Shown: piece by piece, positions 59,949-64,000 of the stretch
How the letters are laid out: the number at the start of each line of letters is the position of its first letter
Position numbering within the stretch: position 1 is the stretch's first letter
Origin: Candidatus Eiseniibacteriota bacterium
Lineage (GTDB): Bacteria; Eisenbacteria; RBG-16-71-46
Reading direction: 5' to 3'
Assembly: GCA_041483195.1 (NCBI GenBank)
Contig: JBGPFC010000004.1
Span: forward strand, 133,020-197,019
Length of the DNA: 64,000 bases
The notes under the pieces: generated by a model
What the model was told of the DNA's origin: nothing
Database searches by the model: none
The model's input: only the letters and a program-made list of their open reading frames with translations
Translations under genes and position numbers: made by a program

Positions 59949-60394
59949 GTCGAGGCTCCCGGGATGGTGACGTTCAGGTGTTCGAAGCCGCACAGCTCGA
60001 CCCGATGATCGTCCGGGTCGCTGAAGTAGATGGAATCCGCATTCCAGAACCCGAAGTGAACCGGTCCTTCGACCGCGATGCCGAGCGCCTCGAGCCGTGC
60101 CCGCTCCGCCCCGATCGCGGAGCGTGGCACCGCGATCGCGAAGTGCGCCGGCCCGCCGCAGTGCGCTGCGCCGAACGAGAGCGGCCGGCTGGTGAGCCCG
60201 AGCCGGGGCGAGGCCCCGGGGATCCCGCTCCACAGCCACGCCCAGCTCGGCGAGTCGCGCTTCTCGAGCGCGAGCCCGACCACGCCCACGTAGAAGGCGA
60301 GCGACCGGTCGACGTCGGCGACGCGCAGGATCAGCTCGGAGAAGCCGAGCCGGGGCGCGGCCGGGGGCGGCGCTCGACGCGACGCGGGATCCAT
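59945..60394 (-). CDS. VOC/glyoxalase family protein
   Basis: LRVADVDRSLAFYVGVVGL, HFAIAV, SIYFSDPDDHRVEL. Confidence 0.85.
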   Translation of the reverse strand: MDPASRRAPPPAAPRLGFSELILRVADVDRSLAFYVGVVGLALEKRDSPSWAWLWSGIPGASPRLGLTSRPLSFGAAHCGGPAHFAIAVPRSAIGAERARLEALGIAVEGPVHFGFWNADSIYFSDPDDHRVELCGFEHLNVTIPGAST

Positions 60395-60402
60395 GGCCGC
60401 GG

Positions 60403-60837
60403 CTAGGCCTCTGCGATCTCGAAGCGGCTGGTGATGCCCACCGCGCACCGCATCATCGCGTGCACCGAGCAATATTTCTCCTCGCTGAGCCGGATGGCTT
60501 CCTCGACCGCGGCGGGCTTGAGGTCGTGGCCGGTGAAACGATGGAGCACCTCGATCTTCGTGAAAACCTTCGGGTGCTCGGTGGCGCGCTCGCCGGTCAC
60601 CGCGATCGCGTAGGCGGTCACCTGCTGGCGTTTCTTGCGCAGGATCGAGATCACGTCCATCCCGGTGCAGGCTCCGACCGCGACCAGCACGACCTGGACC
60701 GGGCTCGGGCTCGTGACCTCGGGCCCGCTGTCGAGATCGAACGCCACGTTTCCGGTCGTGGCCTTGAAGTGCAGCCCGCTCTCGATCGATGCCAGCTCGA
60801 GCCGGGCGTTCATGACGGTGTGGGTGGTGGTGCTCAC
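60403..60837 (-). CDS. OsmC family protein (YhfA-like)
   Basis: GACTGMDV...LRKKRQ...HPKVFT...LSEEKYCSV. Confidence 0.9.
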   Translation of the reverse strand: MSTTTHTVMNARLELASIESGLHFKATTGNVAFDLDSGPEVTSPSPVQVVLVAVGACTGMDVISILRKKRQQVTAYAIAVTGERATEHPKVFTKIEVLHRFTGHDLKPAAVEEAIRLSEEKYCSVHAMMRCAVGITSRFEIAEA

Positions 60838-60919
60838 GTGCTGTCCTCCGCTGCGGAATGCCGCGCGCGAGCGGGACCGGGCGCGCGCAGCGGATGAGCG
60901 CCGTCGAGGGCGGCTGGAT

Positions 60920-62350
60920 TCATGGCGTGCTGCCGGCCGGGCGGGCGGTCTTCATGACCCGGCTCAGGTCCTTCAATTTGTTGTAGCCGTCGAGCGCGGC
61001 CACCTTGTAGCACTCCGCGAGAGTGGGGTAGTTGAATACGCTGTCGATGAAATAGTCGAGCGTGCCCCCCAGCGCCATCACCGCCTGCCCGATGTGCACC
61101 AGCTCGGTGGCCTGGGTGCCGAGCACCCACACGCCCAGGATGCGGCGCGTGTCGAGATGGAAGATGAGCTTCAGCATCCCGTCGTGGTCGCCGATGATCT
61201 GGCCGCGCGCGATCTCGTTGTAGCGCGCGACCCCGGTCTCGAACGGCACGTCCTTCACGGTTAGCTCGGTCTCGTGCATGCCCACCCACGCGATCTCCGG
61301 GATCGCGTAGATGCCGTATGGGAACAGCTCGGGCACGCTGTGCGTGCCGACTCCGAACGCGTGGCAGGCCGCGAGCCGCCCCTGCTCGCTGCTGGTCGAT
61401 GCCAGCGCGGGAAATCCGATCACGTCGCCCACCGCGTAGACGTGCGGCGCCGACGTCTGGTAGTGCTCGTTCACGGTGATGCGCCCGCGCTCGTCGGCCT
61501 CGAGCCCCGCGCTCTCGAGCGCCAGCTCCGAGGTCGCGCCCTGCCGGCCGGCGGAGACCAGCACCATGTCGGTCGCCATGCGCTTGCCGCTCTTCAGCAC
61601 CACCGCGGCGGTACCGTCGGCGCCGGGCTCGAGCCGCGAGACTTCCTCGCCGAGCCGCAGCGTGACCCCCATGTTGCGCGCCTGGTAGGTGAGCGCGTCC
61701 ACCAGCTCGCGGTCCACCATGTCGAGCAGCGTGGTGCGCTTGTCGAGCAGCGTGACCTCGACCCCGAGCGCCGCGAACATGGTCGCGTATTCCACGCCGA
61801 TGATGCCCGCCCCCACCACGGTGAGCGAACGCGGCAATCTCGGCAGCGACAGGATGTCGTCGCTGGTGAGCACGGTCTTGTGGTCGACGGTGAGCCCGGC
61901 GGGCAGACCCGGCGTGGTGCCGACCGCGATCACAACGAACGCCCCATCGAGCCGCTGCTGCGCGTCCCCGGTGTCGGCGATCACCGTGTGTTCGCCATCG
62001 AAACGGCCAGCGCCCTCGATCACCTTGACGCCGTTGCGCTGCAGCTGCGCCCGGATCACCTCGCGCTCGCGCGCCATGACCTGGCCGGTGCGATAGAAGA
62101 GATCCTGCACCGTGATCTCGCTCTTGCCGCGGTAAGCCGGGCCGTAGAGCGAGCGCTGGCGCAGGCCGGAGAGGTCGAGCACGGCCTCGCGCAGCGTCTT
62201 GCTCGGGATGGTGCCGGTATTGATGCACACCCCGCCCACGTCGCGCCGCTTCTCGATGATGGCGACGCGCTTGCCGAGCTTGGACGCCTGGACGGCCGCC
62301 CGCTGCCCGGCCGGTCCGCTGCCGATCACGATGAGATCGAAGTTCTGCAT
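60920..62350 (-). CDS. sthA: Soluble Si-specific NAD(P)+ transhydrogenase
   Basis: GSGPAG, GGVCINTGTIPSKTLRE (single-Cys CxxxGT), GDVIGFPALAS, GIYAIPEI, FNYPTLAECYKVAALD. Confidence 0.93.
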   Translation of the reverse strand: MQNFDLIVIGSGPAGQRAAVQASKLGKRVAIIEKRRDVGGVCINTGTIPSKTLREAVLDLSGLRQRSLYGPAYRGKSEITVQDLFYRTGQVMAREREVIRAQLQRNGVKVIEGAGRFDGEHTVIADTGDAQQRLDGAFVVIAVGTTPGLPAGLTVDHKTVLTSDDILSLPRLPRSLTVVGAGIIGVEYATMFAALGVEVTLLDKRTTLLDMVDRELVDALTYQARNMGVTLRLGEEVSRLEPGADGTAAVVLKSGKRMATDMVLVSAGRQGATSELALESAGLEADERGRITVNEHYQTSAPHVYAVGDVIGFPALASTSSEQGRLAACHAFGVGTHSVPELFPYGIYAIPEIAWVGMHETELTVKDVPFETGVARYNEIARGQIIGDHDGMLKLIFHLDTRRILGVWVLGTQATELVHIGQAVMALGGTLDYFIDSVFNYPTLAECYKVAALDGYNKLKDLSRVMKTARPAGSTP

Positions 62351-62499
62351 GCGCGCTCCGGTCGCTGATGGACGAATGGAGTCGCGAGTCTATGCAGTCC
62401 CGGCCTCTGGCGCCAGTCGGCGCGCGGCGCCTCGGATGCTGGGCCGCACGCCGGGCGTGCCCGGAGGCGCGCCGCGCGGCGGTCGCTCGCGGCGTGGCG

Positions 62500-63840
62500 T
62501 CATGGCGGCGCGGACGCGCCGCGCTCCGAATCCTCGAGCGAGAGGTTCATCTCCTCGTCCGACAGCACCTGGCGGCGCGCGAGGATCTGCGAGGAATCGT
62601 GCTCGAACAGCATGTGGGTGAGGTGGTCGATCCCCACCTCGAGCTGCTTGCGCAGGCCCACCATCTTCACGAGGTAGGTCGCCGCCCACATCAGCCACCC
62701 CAGCTTGCCGGAGAGCGGCACGCCGAACAGCTCGAGCACCGAGCTGTGCTTGCCGAGCGAGATGATGTAGCCGACGTCGTGAAAGCGGAACGGCTCGCTC
62801 GCGCGGCCCGCGGCCTGCCGCGTGAGCCGCGTGCCGACGTGGTTCCCCATCGCGATCGCGGTCTGGGAGAGCGCGGGCTGATAGCGGCCGTCCTCCCGCA
62901 GCGAGGCCGCGCAATCGCCGATCACGTAGACGTCGTCGATCGGCTTGCCGCCCGTGTCGACGGCCCGCAGCTGTTCGTCCACCATGACGCGCCCGTCGGC
63001 GAGGTGTTGTACCGGCAGCTCCTGGACCAGCGCCGGCGGACACACCCCCGCGGTCCACACGATGGTGAATGCCTCGAGCGTCGAGCCATCGGCGAGGTGG
63101 ACCCGCTTCTCCCCGACGCTGCGCACCGCCGCGCCGAGCCGCACCCGCACGCCGCGGCGCTCGAGGAACCGCAGCACGTACGCCGAGTGCTCGGGTCGGG
63201 CCGTGGGCACCACGCGGTCGCCGCCCTCCACGATCGTCACCGAGAGCTGGGAGGCCTCGAGGCCCGGATAGCGCGGGAGCAGCGTGTCGCGCGCCATGTC
63301 CATGAGCTCGGCCGCCACTTCGACGCCGGTGACGCCCCCGCCCACGATCAGGAACGAGAGCAGACGGCGCCGCTGCTCGGTGCTCCCGGCCTGGACCGCC
63401 ATCTCGAACTGCTCGACGACGCGCGCGCGCAGCGTCATGGCGTCCACGATGGTCTTGAAGGGCCGGGTGAACCGCTCCGCGCCCGGGACGCCGTAGTAGT
63501 TCGTGACGCTGCCGACCGCCACCACCAGCGCGTCGTACGACTCGACCAGGTTGTTGTGAAGCGCCACGCGGCGGCGATCGAGGTCGATATGAATCGCCTT
63601 GTTCTTGTAGAAGCGGATCTGCCGGTGGCGCGCCATCTCGCGCAGCGGATAGACGATGTGGCGGGTCTCGACCGCGCCCACCGCCACCGCGGGCAGCAGC
63701 GGATTGAACTGGAAGAAGTTCTCCTTGTCGATCAGGAGCGTGTCCCAGTAGTCCCGCGCGGCACGCGACCGCCCGAGCGAGCGAGCGACGTCGAGCCCGC
63801 CGAAACCACCTCCGAGGATGACGAGCCGCATTCCGGCCAT
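62500..63840 (-). CDS. ndh: Type II NADH dehydrogenase family FAD oxidoreductase
   Basis: GGGFGG, FNPLL, YDALVVAVGS, VGGGVTGVEVAAE, WTAGV, VIGD. Confidence 0.85.
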   Translation of the reverse strand: MAGMRLVILGGGFGGLDVARSLGRSRAARDYWDTLLIDKENFFQFNPLLPAVAVGAVETRHIVYPLREMARHRQIRFYKNKAIHIDLDRRRVALHNNLVESYDALVVAVGSVTNYYGVPGAERFTRPFKTIVDAMTLRARVVEQFEMAVQAGSTEQRRRLLSFLIVGGGVTGVEVAAELMDMARDTLLPRYPGLEASQLSVTIVEGGDRVVPTARPEHSAYVLRFLERRGVRVRLGAAVRSVGEKRVHLADGSTLEAFTIVWTAGVCPPALVQELPVQHLADGRVMVDEQLRAVDTGGKPIDDVYVIGDCAASLREDGRYQPALSQTAIAMGNHVGTRLTRQAAGRASEPFRFHDVGYIISLGKHSSVLELFGVPLSGKLGWLMWAATYLVKMVGLRKQLEVGIDHLTHMLFEHDSSQILARRQVLSDEEMNLSLEDSERGASAPP

Positions 63841-63847
63841 GCGCGGC

Positions 63848-63856
63848 AGAATAGCA
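63848..63856 (-). promoter_or_regulatory. Extended -10 promoter (TGcTATTCT), leaderless ndh
   Basis: TG-C-TATTCT lies 7 nt upstream of ATG 63840; no SD. Confidence 0.5.
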
Positions 63857-64000
63857 TGCGCCTCTAGCCCGACCTATTCATGAACGCGACGTCGTCAGGG
63901 TCTGGGGACGAGATCGCGGTGACCGACGCGATCGAGAAGGTACTCCGAGGAGCTTCGCAGTGGTGAGGAGTATCGCGACGCGACGAACGGTGAGCGGCGA

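Noticed and set aside
63880..64000. Short plus-strand ORF at the right edge
   Set aside because: Under 30 codons with no recognisable motif; it cannot be assessed at the window boundary.

Overview
A very GC-rich (roughly 70% by eye) and densely coding bacterial chromosome segment. From left to right it holds: a partial BNR/sialidase-like secreted protein; an integron with an 'inverted' integrase (intI, then an attI-like site and 4 co-oriented cassettes with 3 attC hairpins); a DEAD-box helicase that appears to start at CTG; an RND efflux set (MFP plus two permeases); a tightly coupled six-gene minus-strand operon (PLP dehydratase, ornithine-cyclodeaminase family, GT-C glycosyltransferase, ATP-grasp ligase, NfuA, and a radical SAM enzyme whose apparent UGA stop reads as selenocysteine in a C-terminal WYC-U-AEP tail with a SECIS-like hairpin); a secreted HExxH protein with a C-terminal sorting-like anchor; an MFS transporter; tRNA-Leu(UAA); a complete alternative complex III (actABCDEF); a sigma54-preceded lipoprotein plus an orphan membrane-sensor-like gene; an M48 protease; a sulfur-carrier operon (CysM-like synthase, JAMM protease, Ubl-E1-rhodanese fusion); glk-tkt and tal-pgi; a B12 radical SAM flanked by two membrane proteins; an EEP nuclease; PEPCK; an output-less multistep phosphorelay; and ndh-sthA-osmC-VOC-fumC-dehydratase. 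The best candidate for an uncharacterised system is the selenoprotein radical SAM/ATP-grasp/NfuA operon, possibly linked to the Ubl/JAMM/CysM sulfur relay. All family calls come from motif recognition by eye; no database search was run.
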